A model generated the notes under the pieces. That model did no database searches. It saw only the letters and a program-made list of their open reading frames with translations, and had not been told where the DNA came from. The translations under genes were made by a program, and so were the position numbers. DNA of 63,707 nucleotides, filler included, from Chiloscyllium plagiosum (Eukaryota), in NCBI RefSeq assembly GCF_004010195.1. It is 4 parts of one record of this genome, joined end to end, with 100 filler letters (N's around TTAATTAATTAA, not from the genome) between each part and the next. Parts side by side here need not be neighbours in the genome. Positions count along the whole stretch, not along the records: positions 1 to 28,852 come from NC_057713.1; positions 28,953 to 47,319 come from NC_057713.1; 2 more parts are not named here. One strand, written 5' to 3'. This document shows positions 25,510 through 39,675 of the stretch, piece by piece (the first letter of the stretch is position 1; each line of letters begins with the position of its first letter).

Positions 25510-28286
25510 CATGAGTTTGGTGATGCGGCCCAGGCTAATAACAGAGAACCCAAATTAGCTTCAGTTAAATATTGAAAGGATCAAAGCCATTGTCTATGGC
25601 CCTTACCGTAAACTCTACTCTTTAACCATTGAATCCAATGGAAATTGTATGAGATTGAATGTGGTTGCTTGCAGTCTTTGAGTGATATTTGACTCTGGGA
25701 TGAGCAACCACATATCCATGTCTCAACTGAGACATCTACTTCCACCTCCCCAACCCAGCTTCTATGTCAGTTCAACAACTGTTGAATTACTCAATCTTGC
25801 CTTTACTCTAAACTTGATTATAAGAATGTGCTAAAAGCTAGCTTCTTTGATGAATTGGAGTTTAATTAGCAGGAATCTGTAAGAACAAAAGAAATCAACA
25901 ATACTCGAAAAAAATCAGTTGGAATTGACAATAATCAGCCTTTATTGAAAATACTGCAGCAGTTTTGGCTGAAACTTGAAGAGACGAGGAGACCTAAGTT
26001 GTTCTCTATTTCTCTTCCAAGTTTTGTGCCTTTATAAAGAAAGGAGTACATTATATCCTATACTATTAAATAAATTACAGATTATCATGAAAGTACGTCA
26101 CCCATAGCACTGAACCTTAGCCCTAAAAACAGTAATCATTTTCATTATCCCATTATTTTGTTACTGTTGTACGGAAGTTTTGTTTAGGCTAAAATCTGCA
26201 GTTCAAAATATGCAAGGAGCCGTTAAGAGGATTCCTGAAGTTTTATCAAACTTGTGGAATTTATTTACATTCAGCCTGGTCCTGAAAGCTGTTTCTGACC
26301 TTTTGCCACAATCCTTCTAATTTATTGAACTAGAGAGTTGACCAATTTTTCCCATTGTGCAATATTAAATGCTCCCCACAATACCACATCTTATACTCTA
26401 ACTTGAGATCATCTAAAACTATACTACATGAATTTGATCTTGCATCAAATCTCATTCATCAATCATCCCCATGCTCATTAACTGACAAGTTCCCAGTTAA
26501 ACAAAACCATAACTTTAAAACTTTCACTCAGTTTTCTTCTCCCTCCTATGGGTTTGCCCCACCCTGTCTCTGGAATCTCCTTCAGCCCCACAAAAATAAA
26601 ACATGTATATGAGCAAAATATGTCAAAAAGGCTGAGTACAGACATACTGTACAAAAAAACGTAAAACAAAAAGATCAAACAAAATTTTACAATTTCATTG
26701 TCACTTCCTTTTATACATCTAAAATCTTGTGAAATATATTTTCCCCTACTTTTACCAGCGAAAGCGATCCTTATGTACACCACAAAATATATAAGAGATT
26801 GTGATTCTTGGTGACATGCAATTACCTTTTAATAGACTGACCTTGAGTTCATTGTACTACCCAGGAGATTAACAGCACTGCAGAGGAGAACAGTGTTGTC
26901 TCATGAGAGCCCATTTTATTCCCTCTTATTGGTGAGTACAGAGAAACAGCAGAGATGACAAGATCGTAATCTCCTTTGGTATTATTAGCCTGCCCTCACA
27001 TGACCAGGAGTCTTAAAAGCCACTGTATGCACTTTACAGGGTCTGTCTGTAAAAAGTGAGATGCCACTAAGGAACTCAGAAAGCTGTAACTTAATAGTTA
27101 GAACCTAAATAAATATTTTCTCCAACAAAACATTACTAACAGCTAAGCTTTAGTCGATCAATGAGTCTGAAGTTGTTCAAATTACTTGCAACTTATATAA
27201 TTGATTCAATAAGGATAGACCAGAATAAGCAGAGTACAGAAACAATCCCAGGAAGTCTGAGTCTGGTTGACATTGGATTTTGGACCTCATTGTATAAGGT
27301 GGAAGAGCTGTAAACACCACAGCAATACTGAAAGTTTAGTTCCAGTGCCTGGATTGGTCAAGGCATATGGTACTGTTGTTAGGGGAGGAGTACGTCAAAG
27401 GATATGGGGATTCTACTGTTCCCACCAAGCCAGTGGCAATGATTGTTGTAGTGTGCTGAGTGTTGTATAATTTCACTTCGTAGGAATCAGCCTGTATCTT
27501 ACAGATCTCAACCTCCATGCCCTCTGGCTTAGGAATATATACCATGTTAGGACTGAAATGCAGTCATGTACAAATGTCCTTCCTAGTCTGCCACAGTATT
27601 CTGACCTCCTACCATGAGGCACACACGCACTCATGTATGCACATATTATAATCATAAATCTAAGTGCGCTGCAATAAAGAGCTCATTCTGAGTGCACTGC
27701 TGTGTTGTACACTCAAACCATGGTATCAGAAGGGACACAGGATTGTTAGAAAGTAAGCTATAGACAGAGCAATACGTATGCGTACAGAGTGGTGAGCTGT
27801 CATTAAAAAGACAAAGAACAATGAGGCAATACACTGTTAAACTCTTGTTGAGAGAAAATGGCTGCAGCTTTTCTTCTGCCAGTTCTCGTTCTAATGAAAG
27901 CAGAGCTGAAGCAAAAATGGACTCTTTTCCATGTACAATGGCAAGATTATGAAATAACAATGATTAGTTGAGCAAACCACAAATGATCAGTCATTATATT
28001 AGTACAACCTGTTGGGAGGAGACTATTTCAAACAATATTCCACCTAAATCTCTCACATGAGCAGAAAGAACACATAACAGAAATTTTAAAAATTTTGAGG
28101 GTATGATTTGACCTCTAAGTGAATGTCATGTATGAACAGTATGTATTCAATATTTGGAACTAAAGTGAAAAAAAGAATACATTGATGTTATTAACTTAGC
28201 TTGCAGAAACCTGCAAATATCTGAAGCAAACCACCACAAATAGAAAGATGTAATGCCCAGATTGAGAAAGCATGTCTAGTCATAAA

Positions 28287-28548
28287 TTAGATTAGATTCC
28301 CTACAGTATGGAAACAGGCCTTTGGCCCAACAAATCCACACAGACCCCCGAAGAGTAACCCAGCCAGACCCATTCCCCTACAATTACCCTTGACTAATGG
28401 AACACTACTTTGGATTGTGGGCAGAAACCCACGCAGACACGGGGAGAATGTACAAACTCCACACAGGCAGTCGTCCGAGGTGGGAATCAAACCCGGGTCC
28501 CTGGCGATGTGAGGCAGCAGTGCTAACCACTCAGCCACCGTGTTGCCC
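28287..28548 (-). mobile_element. HE1-type SINE (internally deleted)
   Basis: Homology to HE1 copies, TTAGA repeats at left end. Confidence 0.9.
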
Positions 28549-28824
28549 TATCTTTGCTATCCTTTTCTACATCACTGGAACTATTTGGAGGCCTACAGAA
28601 AACTCCCAACAGGGTGACCTCTCCTTTCCTGTTTCTAACCTCAGCCCATACTACCACAGTTGACGAGTATTGTCTTAACTTGTAAATATTTTCATCAATA
28701 TCTACTTGGAAGAGTCAAAGTGATAGTCAAGTCAGAACACAAGCCACTTCAATACATTTTCCGCAACCTGCTACTATCTGTTCCAAATTCTCTGCAAAGA
28801 ATGTTATTCCAGTTATAGGGCTAT

Positions 28825-29437
28825 CATAGAACATAGAACATAGAACATAGAANNNNNNNNNNNNNNNNNNNNNNNNNNNNNNNNNNNNNNNNNNNNTTAA
28901 TTAATTAANNNNNNNNNNNNNNNNNNNNNNNNNNNNNNNNNNNNNNNNNNNNAGTAGTTGCCCCTTGAACAAGTTCCACATATCATTTACACTCTTGCCT
29001 TGGAGTCTACTTTTCCAAGCCACACATCCTAAGTCATGCCTCACCGCATCATAATTTCCCTTACCCCAGCTATAACTCTTGCCCTGTCGTCCTCACTTAT
29101 CCCTCTCCATCACGAGTGTAAAAATCACCGAATTATGGTCACTATCCCCAAAGTGCTCACCTACCTCTAATTCTAACACCTGGCCTGGTTCGTTACCCAG
29201 AACCAAATCCAGTATGGCCTCACCTCTTGTTGGCCTGTCTACATATTGTGTCAGGAAACTCTCCTGGACACATTGAACAAACACTGACCCATCTAACGAA
29301 CTTGAGCTATAGCTTTCCCAATCAATATCAGGAAGGTTAAAGTCCCCCATAACAACCACCCTATTACTGTCACTCATCTCCTGAATCACCTTCCCTATTC
29401 TTTCTTCAATGATTCTAGGACTATTAGGAGGCCTAGA
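28825..29437 (-). mobile_element. CR1 LINE pieces flanking a gap: (CATAGAA)n tail and endonuclease fragment
   Basis: (CATAGAA)4 before the gap; VVVMGDFNLPDIDW...QYVDRPTRGEAILDLVL...SDHNSVIF after it. Confidence 0.88.
28853..28952. other. Assembly gap spacer N44-TTAATTAATTAA-N44
   Basis: Identical 100-nt spacer at all three gaps; the 12-mer gives stop codons in all six frames. Confidence 0.97.
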
Positions 29438-29439
29438 AT

Positions 29440-30720
29440 CTGGATGTGACATGAAAACAAGTGAAGCAAATAAATATTGTGGGCATTCTGCTGAGAGTAA
29501 CACATCCAATGAAGAAAGTGGCGGATACGACAATAGAATATGAAATCTTTCAGATTTAATGCGTAGCAGCAGCTCATCATGTGCTGGAAGTCAGCAACTG
29601 AGTAAAGACTCTGAATGTAACAGCCAAGTACCTTCCCCAGATCAAGTACACTATCCAACAGGATGCAACCCTCCCAAGTGTTGAAGAAGTAGTGATAAAA
29701 AGATAGCCAGAGAGGATGAAGGACACAATTGTTACTCTAAAAGTTTATTGACACACAGAGATGAATTGACACATTGTACAAAGGGAATAGAGTCATTATC
29801 CCAAAAGAGTTCAGGAGAGACATTAAGACACATTGATGCAAGCCACCACTGAATTGAGTCAAGTCTGAGGAATATAAGAAACGTTTTCTACTGCCCAAAC
29901 ATGAGCAACAAAGTCAAGAAGTACATCAGTCAGTGCAGTATTTGTAATGATTACCATGCTAAATAGGCTAGAGAACCACTAATGATACAGGACATCCCAG
30001 AAAGTGCATGGATGAAGCTGGGAAAAGATCTCTTCACACTCGCAGGAACAATTAGAAAATTCAACTAGAAATCATCTCCGCATCATCCCTATTCAAATAG
30101 AAGGGCTGAGACAATGGTGAACATTGCTGGAAGAATCATTAAGCAATCGAGCAAATGCTGCACAAATGTATTCAATCTAAACCTTGAGTGGAGAAACAGA
30201 CTACTAATGGCATTAAAAGTCATCCAGGTCAAAGACTAATGTCGAACCACACCCAAGTAACTCTTCCAATAGCAGAATACCTATTGAAGCCAGAAGTAGT
30301 AATAGGAGTGAATGACAAACCCAAGGTGAAATGGCAGAAAGCCAAATTTCATTTTGACAAGAACACTAAACCATTGTTGACATTGAGCATTGGAGACTGT
30401 CAGGGATCAAACCTTCAACATTTGTAACCAAAGTCAGACCGTGGCAACAATTATCACCTCCATTGCATACTGTGGAAGTGATGACTAGTTATACCATTGC
30501 AACCACATCACATATGCCCAACTGGAGAAGATGTTTCTCAGCTGCAGACCACTGGTGAGGAAGTGATGATTCATCACCCATACAGACCACAGACCAACTA
30601 TCAGACCGAGAGGTCTGCAGCAACCCAACAGCAGAAATTGAACTACAGCAGGTCTCACTGAATCAACAAATAATGACATTACCTAAATGAACAGCCAACA
30701 ACAATACACACTCACCATAA
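29440..30720 (+). mobile_element. Decayed Gypsy/Ty3 LTR-retrotransposon integrase region
   Basis: Frameshifted NRVIIP..FYCPNMSNKVKKYISQCSICNDYH..REPLMIQDIPESAWMKLGKDLFTL..SSPHHPYSNRRAETMV (H2C2 zinc finger + rve core). Confidence 0.8.
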
Positions 30721-31964
30721 GAGATGAAAATTAATTAGGGAATGTGTGTGCAATGCAAATGGACAGACTGATTGAAATAGAGAACTTCTAAGGCATGACA
30801 ATTTTCATGTATTTCTTAAGTTGGGTAATTGAAAATGTACATGATATAACATGTATTCTTTTTCATCTAGTGCAAAGGTGGATGTTTAAATGGAAAAGGC
30901 AATCAACTACAAATACCTTCCCAGTCTGATGCAGTAATATGACCTCTACCTTGAGGAAGATGCTGCTTAGGTTCTCTTCAATAAAGACTTTGTGTTGAAC
31001 ATACACAAAGTTTGTATGTTGTACACATGAAACACACCCTACAAAGAAATCAATGTTTGCGCCTACCTGGGCAACTGGAGAATATCTGGTGCTCAGGTGC
31101 TTAATTTGGGATAACTTCCAACTCTTCTAATGTCTCTGCCAAAACAAATCTGTCAAATCATGCACCGCATAAAAATAATGTTTGTTTAATTCCTGTGGGA
31201 TGACAAACTCAAGGAGCAACTGATAAAAAACAATAAAACTTTTATTCAGTATAAAATTGAAATATACCTTTTAATCAGAAAGCAACATCAATGAAGACCA
31301 TGTTCAAAAAATGGCCATTTCAGGGTAAAATATTTCTGAGTAATTCCAGTCACTTCCTGACAAGATGAAGGTGAGTTACAGGACTGTGAAACACATAACC
31401 AACTATCCTATTTGCCTTTTAGTCATGGAGATAGCTGCCTCAGCATGACTTGTCCAGCATCAGGTAATATTCTTGGAGTATCCTATTTTTGAAATGAGAT
31501 GGTTTCTGCAAATGGTTATCATTATGGCTTCTGGTTGCTGCATCATTTACACCAATAAACTGAGTGGAAGTTGCTTCACAAAATTCAATAACATTGTGGA
31601 ACTGAATAATAGAAGGCCCCTTAGCACTGATGAAGTAGGAGGTAAATAATGAAAGAAGGTGTCATCAGCAATACTATCAAGCAGCATCTAGTCAGCAATA
31701 ACCTGCTCACTGACACCTAGTTTGGGTTATACCATGGCCTGACCTCATTACAGTCTTGGTTCAACATGCAGAAAAAAGCTGAATTCCAGATGTGAGGTGA
31801 GAGTGATAGCCTTTGATATCAAGGCCATGTTTGACTAATTGTGACAATATCCAGACTTGGGCTTAAATGTGGCAAACATCATTTGTGCCACACAAATGCC
31901 AGAACAACGACTATCTCCAATAAGAGGCAAATTAACCACTGCCCCTTGACGTTCAATGCTGTAA

Positions 31965-33627
31965 CATAGAGTCATAGAGATGTACAGCACAGAAACAGAC
32001 CCTTCGGTCCAACCCGTCCATGCTGACCAGATATCCCAACCCAATCTAGTCCCAACTTCCAGCACATGGCCCATATCCCTCCAAACCCTTACTATTCATA
32101 TACCCATCCAAATACCTTTTTAAGTGTTGCAATTGTACCAGCCTCCACCACTTCCTCATGCAGCTCATTCTATACATGTATCATCCCTGCGTGAAAGATT
32201 TGCCCTTTAGGTCTCTTTTATATCTTTCTCCTCTCACCCTAAACCTATGCCCTCTAGACTCCTCCAACCCAGGGAAAAGACTTTTTCTATTTATTCTATC
32301 CATTCCCCTCATAATTTTGTAAACCTCTATAAGGTCACCCCTCAGCCTACGACACTCCAGGGAAAACAGCCCCAGCCTGTTCAGTTCTCCCTATAGCTCC
32401 TCCAACCCTGGCAACATCTTTGTAAATTATTTGTGAACTCTTTCAAGTTTCATAACATCTTTCCGATAGGAAGGAGACCAGAATTGCATGCAATATTCCA
32501 ACAGTGGCCTAATCAATATCCTGTATAGCGGCAACATGACCTCCCAACTCCTGTACTGAATACTCTGATCAATAAAGGAAAGCATATCAAATGCCTTCTT
32601 CACTATCCTATCTACCTGCGACTCCACTTTCAAGGAGCTATGAACCTGCAGTCCAAGGTCTCTTTGTTCAGCAACATTCCCTAGGACCTTACCATTAAAT
32701 GTATAAGTCCTGCTGAGATTTGCTTTCCCAAAATGGAGCACCTCGCACTTATCTGAATTAAACTCCATCTGCCACTCCTCAGTCCATTAGCCCATCTAAT
32801 CAAGATCTATTGTAATCTGAGGTAACCTTCTTCACTGTTCACTACACCTCTAATTTTGGTGTCACCTGCAAACTTACTAACTATACATACCTCTTATGCT
32901 CACATCCAAATTATTTATATAAATGACAAAAAGTAGTGGACCCAGCACCGATCCTTGTGGCACTCCACTGGTCACAGACCTCCAGTCTGAAAACAACCCT
33001 CCACCACCATCCCCTGTCTTCTATCTTTGAGCCAGTTCTGTATTGAAATGGCTAATTCTCCTTGTACTCCGTGAGATCTAACCTTGCAAATTAGTCTCCC
33101 ATGGGGAACCTTGTCGAACACCTTCCTGAAGTCCATATAGATTACATCTACTGCTCTGCCCTCATCAATCCTCTTTGTTACTTCTTAAAAAACTCAACCA
33201 TGTTTATGATACATGATTTCCCATGCAGAAAGCCATGTTGACTATTCCTAATCAGTCCTTGCCTTTCCAAATACATGTACATCCTGTCCCTCAGGATTCC
33301 CTCCAACATCTTGCCCACCACCAAATTCAAGCTGATTGGTCTATAGTTCCCTTGCTTGTCCTTACCAACTTTCTTAAACAGTGCCACTACGTTAGCCAAC
33401 CTCCAGTTTCCGGCACCTCATCTGTGACTATTGATGATACAAATATCTCAGCAATCACTTCCCTAGCTTCCCACAGAGTTCTGGGGTACATCTGATCAGG
33501 TCCTGGGGATTTATCCACTTTAATGTGTTTCAAGACATCTAGCACTTTCTCCTCTGTAATATGGGCATTTTTCAAAATGTCACCATCTATTTCCCTACAT
33601 TCTATATCTTCCATGTCCTTCTCCACT
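31965..33627 (-). mobile_element. 5'-truncated CR1 (HER1-like) LINE, RT + 3' UTR
   Basis: SPGPDQMYP, NYRPISL, CEVLHFG, LYRILIRPLLEYC motifs; tail CATAGAGTCATAGAG. Confidence 0.95.
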
Positions 33628-33850
33628 ACCATCACTGAATTCCCTGCTATCAACATCATAGGGGTCACCATTGACCAGAAACTGAACTACACTAGCTATA
33701 TAAATATTGTGGCTACAACAGCAGGTCAGACGTTTGGTATAGTGTAATAAGTAAATCACCTCCTGACTCCCCAAGGCCTCCTGCAAGGCACAATTCAGGA
33801 TTACAATGGAATGCTCCCCATTTGCCTGGATGAGTTCCACTTCTCCTCGA

Positions 33851-34072
33851 GCGGCATGGTGGCTCTGTGGTTAATACTACTGCCTCACAGCACCAGGGAC
33901 CCAGGTTCGATTCCAGCCTTGGGTGACTAAATTGTCCATAGTGTTCTAGGATGTGTAGGTCAGGGCAAATATAAGGTTGGGGAATGGGTCTGGGTGGGTT
34001 ATTCTTTGGAAGGTTGGTGTGGAACTTTTGGGCCAAAGGGCCTGTTTCCACACTGCAGGGATTCTAATTCTA
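33851..34072 (+). mobile_element. HE1-type SINE (internally deleted)
   Basis: A/B boxes and tail. Confidence 0.85.
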
Positions 34073-34805
34073 AAAAAAGCTAAAAAAACACTCAAGTACG
34101 TGGACACTGTCCAAGCCAAAGCAGCCCGATCGACTGACACAGCATCCACTTCTTCACCACTGGTATGTATATCTAGAAAATGCACTGCAGAAATTTGCCA
34201 AAGATCCTGAGAAAGCAGTTTCCAAACCCATGACCACTTCCACTCAGATGGACAGGGGCAGTGGTTATAAGAAAGTTTGTCTCTAAGCCACTCACCTTTG
34301 TGACTTGGGAAATGCATCATCATTCTTTCACTAACTCAGGCAGTGTCACCACATCCTATGAGTGAATTAGAAAGAAATGAGACTGTATTCTATATTTTGA
34401 GTTGCTCTCTCTTTACATTTTTAAAGTATTAATTTGAAAATGAAATCAGCAGCCGGATCACCTCTGTAACATGTGAGTCCCTCCATAGGAGTGCATGTGG
34501 TTGCAGCTGAAGTCAGGAAGATAGGGAGGGCCTCAGAGCTTGTCTGGAGTGCTGGCAAACCCACATTCTGTCTCATCCCCTTCACCCAATCTGATGCCAG
34601 GATGCTGCCTTGGGGCAGCTAATTTTCCCTGATGCCTCCTGATACCGAGAAGCTGACCGTACAATTCCAATTGGTCCAATTTAGGCTTTAACATGGGCCT
34701 TAATTATCTATCAAAAAATCCTTAATTATGTATCCGCTGTTTATGAAATTCTCTGCCAGCTCCTATTGTGCTTACTCTCATCAGATCCTAGCAATTGTGC
34801 CCAGA

Positions 34806-35126
34806 GCACTGTTGCCTCACAGAGTGAGGGTCTTGGGCTTGATTCCACCTTTAGGCGAATGTCTGTGTGGAGTTTGCATATTCTCCTGTGTCTGTGAGGG
34901 TTTCCTCCTACAGTTCAAAGGTGTGTAGATTAGGTGGATTGGCCATGCTAGATTACTCTGTAGTGTCCAGGGATATGTAGGCTAGGTGGATTAAACATGG
35001 GAAATGCAAGGTTTACAGGGATAGGGTAAGGATGATGGATCTGGATGGATGCTCTTTAGAGGGTTGGTGTGGACTTGATGGGCCGAATGGTCTGCTTCCA
35101 CACTGTAGGGATTCCATGATTCTATG
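34806..35126 (+). mobile_element. HE1-type SINE (diverged)
   Basis: Homology to HE1 copies. Confidence 0.85.
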
Positions 35127-35327
35127 AGCAGCATTTGGCATGGACACTGCTCTCATCCTGACTAGATTAAGGTTTCTGCAACACGAAACGTTTAGGCAAC
35201 CAGATCCTTCCAAAATACCATGGAAATTTCTGTCATTCCAGGAAATCTAAAACCATATGCATCTCAAGAAATTGCCTTATGAAGGAATGTTAATTCACTT
35301 CCATGATGCAAATGTTGTATCAGCTGG

Positions 35328-38300
35328 ATAGAACATAAGAACATTGAAACAGGTGTAAACAATTTGGGTCCCCAGCCTGCTCCTCCATTCATAATGAATC
35401 TGATTGTATCCTTAGCTGCTCTTTCTTACCTACCAAGTCTTGACCGTCTTGTTGACTGCAAATCTGCTCAAGTCAGCCTTAACATTCAATGACCCAGCCT
35501 TTGCTGTTATCTGGGGAAGTCAATCCTAAAGTCTCACAATGCTCTGAGGGAAGAGATTCCTCCTCATCTCCATCTTAAATAGGAAACCTTTTTAGTTTTT
35601 AAACTGGGGCCTAAAGTTCTAGCCTACCTCTCAAAAGAAAATGTCTGCTCAGTACTTACACCAGCTGATCCCCTCAGGATGTTATATGTTTTAATAAGAT
35701 CACCTTGGATTCTTCAAAACTGTATTGAGTAGAGGATTAACCCGCTCAAAACTACCTCATAAAATATCCCTGTTGTCTCAGGAATTGGCTGAGTGAGCAT
35801 TCTCTGAACTGCTTCTAGAAACATAGAAGGATAGAAAGTAGGAACATGAGTAGGTACTTCGACCCTTTGAGCCTGCTCTGAAATTATTATGATCATGGCT
35901 GATCTCCCAACTCTGTACCCTGTTCCTGCCTTTGCTCCATAACATTTGATCCCTTTAAACTTAATCTTCTTCTTCAAAATATTCAATGCTTTGGCCTCAA
36001 CTGCTTTCTGGAGCAGAAAATTGAACAGGCTCACTACTCTGTGTGAAAATATTTTGTCTACATCCTAAATTGCTTACCTCATATGCTTAAACTGTGACAC
36101 CAGCTCCAGATTCCCTGGTCATCAGGAACATCCTTTCTGTGTTTATCCTATCTAGTCTTGTTGGAATTCTGTGGACTCCTGAGATGAGATCTGCCCACCA
36201 CCTTTCTAAATTCCAGTGAACATAATACTAACCAATCCAGTTTCTCTTTATACATCAATCCTGCCATCTCAGGAATCAACCTGGAATATCTTTGTTGTAC
36301 TCCTTTCACAGCCAGAACACCCTTCCTTTGATAAGAAGAACACAATTGCACATAATACTCAAGGTGTTGTCCATCAAGACCATGTACAAGACATAGGTAA
36401 AAACAATGACTGCTGATGCTGGAAATCAGAGTCTAGATTAGAGTGGTGCTGGAAAAGCATAGCTGTTCAGGCAGCATCCGAGGAGCAGTAAAATCGGATG
36501 CTGCCTGAACTGCTGTGCTTTCCCAGTACCACTCTAATCATGTACAAGACATCCCTGTTCCTGTACTCCAGTCCTTTTGCTATGAAGACCAACATACCAT
36601 TTGTCTTCTTCACTGCCTGCTGCACCTGAATCCTTACCTTTAGTGACTGGTGCACAAGGACACCCTTTCCCAATCTATCACCATTCAGACATTAATCTGC
36701 CTTCCTGTTTTTGCAACAAAGTGGACAACCTCATGGTTATCCATATTATACTCACTTCCATGGATTTTCCCACTCACTTAACTTGTCCAAATCACAATGA
36801 AGCATCTTTGCATCCTTCTCACATTACAATCTCACACACAGCTTTTGTTATTTGCAGCCTTGGAGATATTTAGTTCTTTCAGCTAATTCATTATTCTGTA
36901 CTTTTAAGAACTGGAGTCCAAGCACAGATCCCTGCGATGCCCCACTAACCAATGGCTGCCACACAGAAAATAACCCATTTATTCCTACTCTTTGTTTCAT
37001 TTTTGCCAGTCATTTCTCTATCCACGGCAGCACACCCAGACCCAATCCCATGCACTTTAATTTTACTCTTATGTGACACCTTATCAAAGTTTCTGAAAGC
37101 AAGTAAACCACATTCACTGGCTTCCCCCTTATCAATGTTATTAGTTGCATCCTCAAAAAAATCCTAATTGATTTGTTCAGCATGGTTTCCCTTTTCTAAA
37201 TCTATGTTGACTCGTCCAATCCTGTCACTGTAAATATATCCCTCATGAAGGAAATCAATTTTTTTCATTTTACTGCATTTTGACTAGGGCTTTGTACAGA
37301 TGTAACAATACAACATACTTTTATACTTATTGACCCTTGAAATAAAGGCTGACATTTGATTTGCCTTCCCAATAATTTCTTGTACCTGCGTGCTAGCTTT
37401 TCGTTTTGTACTAGGGCAGTTCCCTGCTTACCAAAGATCACTACAGTCTCTTTGCTTTATGAATTAGATAAACTCATATTTCCCACACTATACATAACTT
37501 GTCAATTTTTTTCCCCACTCAAACTATCTATATCCATTTGCAGAGGCTCCAGTACTGATCTCTATGGCATTCTACTATTTACATTTTTAAAACCTGAAAT
37601 GGCCTATTAATCTAGACTCTTTGATTTCTGAGAGTTAATCAATTCTGTATCCATGCAAATTTATTACGTTCAAAACCATGAGCTTTTAACCTGCGTAATT
37701 TTCTGTTGAAAATCCAAATGCACTATATGTACTGGATCCTCATTATTAATCTGACTTTTTACTTCCTCAAAAATTGCTAATAAATTAGTCAAACACAATT
37801 TCCCTTTCCCAAGGCATGTAATCTCTGCTTGATTTTACTGCTATTGCCTCCTTAATAATAGATTTAAGCATTTTCCCTATGACAGATGTCAGGTTAACTG
37901 GCCTGTAATTTATTGTTTTCTGTCTTACGCCTTCCTTGAATCAAGATACTTCACTTGCAATTTTCCAGTCTGCTAGAACCTTTTCAGAATCTCGGGAATT
38001 TTTTCAGATTACAATCCATGCATCTACAATTTCTGCTTTTAAGACTTGAGGATGCGAACCATCAAGTCCATTTGACTTGTTTGCCTTTAGCCTCAAAGTT
38101 TTTCCCAATACCTTCTCCACTGTGATTGCTCTCTTGAATTTTCTCAATTACTTAGAATGCTTGTTGTGTGTTCTGCAAGGATACTGACACATAATATATG
38201 TCAATGTTTCTGCAAATCCTTGATTTCCATTGTTCATTCCCCAGTCTCACTCTCCAAGGGATCAAAGATCACCCTGCTACTCTTTTCCTTCTTACTTGTA

Positions 38301-38420
38301 GGAGTTGTTTTTATATTTCTAGCTCACTCTTCCTCATACTCTCTCTCTACGAAGATTTAGCCAATCTTCTGACCTAAGAGTAATCTTTTCAATATTGCAT
38401 GTGTTTTTATTCAATTTGAT
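35328..38420 (-). mobile_element. Nested cluster of old CR1 remnants
   Basis: At least two CR1 3' tails (~35330, ~35815) and RT pieces (VQQAVKKTNGMLVFIAKGLEY; VQQRYSRLIPEMAGLMY). Confidence 0.8.
36395..36538. mobile_element. Short fold-back Penelope derivative with 14-bp TSD
   Basis: ~46-bp inverted arms 36436-36481 / 36494-36539; TSD CATGTACAAGACAT at 36381-36394 and 36539-36552. Confidence 0.88.
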
Positions 38421-39420
38421 ACTAGTTTTAGCCATGGAAAGTGCAACCTTTACCTGGAGAGTGCTTAGAGTCACTGTTAAGCCAAGCTATGAAGCCTCAT
38501 TACAATTTTTCATTGTCCAACCACATCCTGAGGGTTTTTTTCTTTTTGGCTCATTGCCCACTCGCAGTCCTGCCTCTGTGCAAACTAGGGGTGGTGGATT
38601 TGAGACAGGCTATTTTTGAAGATCAGGAGTCATTTGGATTGTGCACTCCATGCTCATGACTAGTTGTCACTTGTTTTTCTGGAACTGGCTATTCTTGGAT
38701 GATTTGTTTATTGTTCATTGGTTATTTATTGACTGTAATATGATTGATGAATTGGGAATGCCATTTCTAAAATGTGAGCTTGTAAAATGTATGTTGGCTA
38801 TTAGTGATTAGATCACTAACACTTTAAGTGTTGCTTGTATTGCACAATTTTTGTACAGTGTGGGGTCACATAGGACATTAGTTGTTTATTGTTTATTCCT
38901 TCCACCAATTCAAGAGGAATGAGGTCAGGATAAGTGTACATGCTCAAGAATGGAATTCTTGATTATGAGGTATGTATAAGTTATTTACTGTATGATGTAC
39001 TTTGTGTGGAATAGTTGCTTGTCGCTTAGCTTTAATCTTAAGCTATGATTCCTGGACCATGTAGATGTACTGTTGTCAGCAATAAATAGTATGTTTGCAA
39101 CAATGGCTTATTTTCTCATAATACAGTGACACTCTACCCTGTGTCAAGTTTGAAATTAGTGATATTCCCGTTGTATAAATATTCTCTTCCTGCAAAGCGA
39201 GGTTTGATTAATCAATTTCCACTCCCTGCCCCACCCCCAATCCTTTAATGTCTTTCTTCCAATTTAGAAAATTCTACCTCACTAACTTCTTGGTGTGGGT
39301 AGCTATTTGATATCCTTATTTTCAGTGACTATGTCCTACTTTGGCACATTTTCTGAAAGTGATTGATTTTGGAACAGATACAGCATCCCTTTTAATAGCA
39401 GGACACTACATACAGGAAAC

Positions 39421-39470
39421 AGGGTCTGTTTCCATACTGTAGGGAATCTAATCTAATCTAATCTAATCTA
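39421..39470 (+). repeat. Isolated HE1/CR1 3' tail with (AATCT)n
   Basis: AGGGTCTGTTTCCATACTGTAGGG(AATCT)5. Confidence 0.85.
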
Positions 39471-39632
39471 CTATACCTATGAAGTTTCCTTGCTAAAAAG
39501 TACTGTCAAGGACATTTAGTATCTGGTACTGTCCTACTAACAGCATTGGTTCTTTTTTGCAAGGTCTGTGAAGGTTTGTACGTCAGGTTGAGGTTTAGGG
39601 TGTAGGTTTGCTCGCTGAGCTGTAGGTTTGAT

Positions 39633-39675
39633 ATCCAGATGTTTCATTACCTGGCTAGGTAACATCATCAGTGGC
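39633..39675 (-). ncRNA. Hammerhead ribozyme-like core (with inverted copy at 40878-40917 +)
   Basis: CCA-CTGATGA-TGTTACCT-AGCC-AGGTAAT-GAAACATC-TGG; plus copy reads CTGATAA...GAAACGTC-TGG. Confidence 0.7.

Larger units (their letters stand above)
31700..34375 (+). mobile_element. Older CR1-type LINE 3' part, split by a younger CR1 and an HE1 SINE
   Basis: 31700-31962 (CTTTGATATCAAGGCC..TTTGAC, ALDIKA-like) continues at 33628-33842 and 34080-34375; tail CCACATCCTATGAGTGAATTAG. Confidence 0.7.

Noticed and set aside
28897..28908. TTAATTAATTAA motif repeated at 28897, 47364 and 58690
   Set aside because: Always centred in N44 flanks: an artificial six-frame-stop scaffolding spacer, not biology
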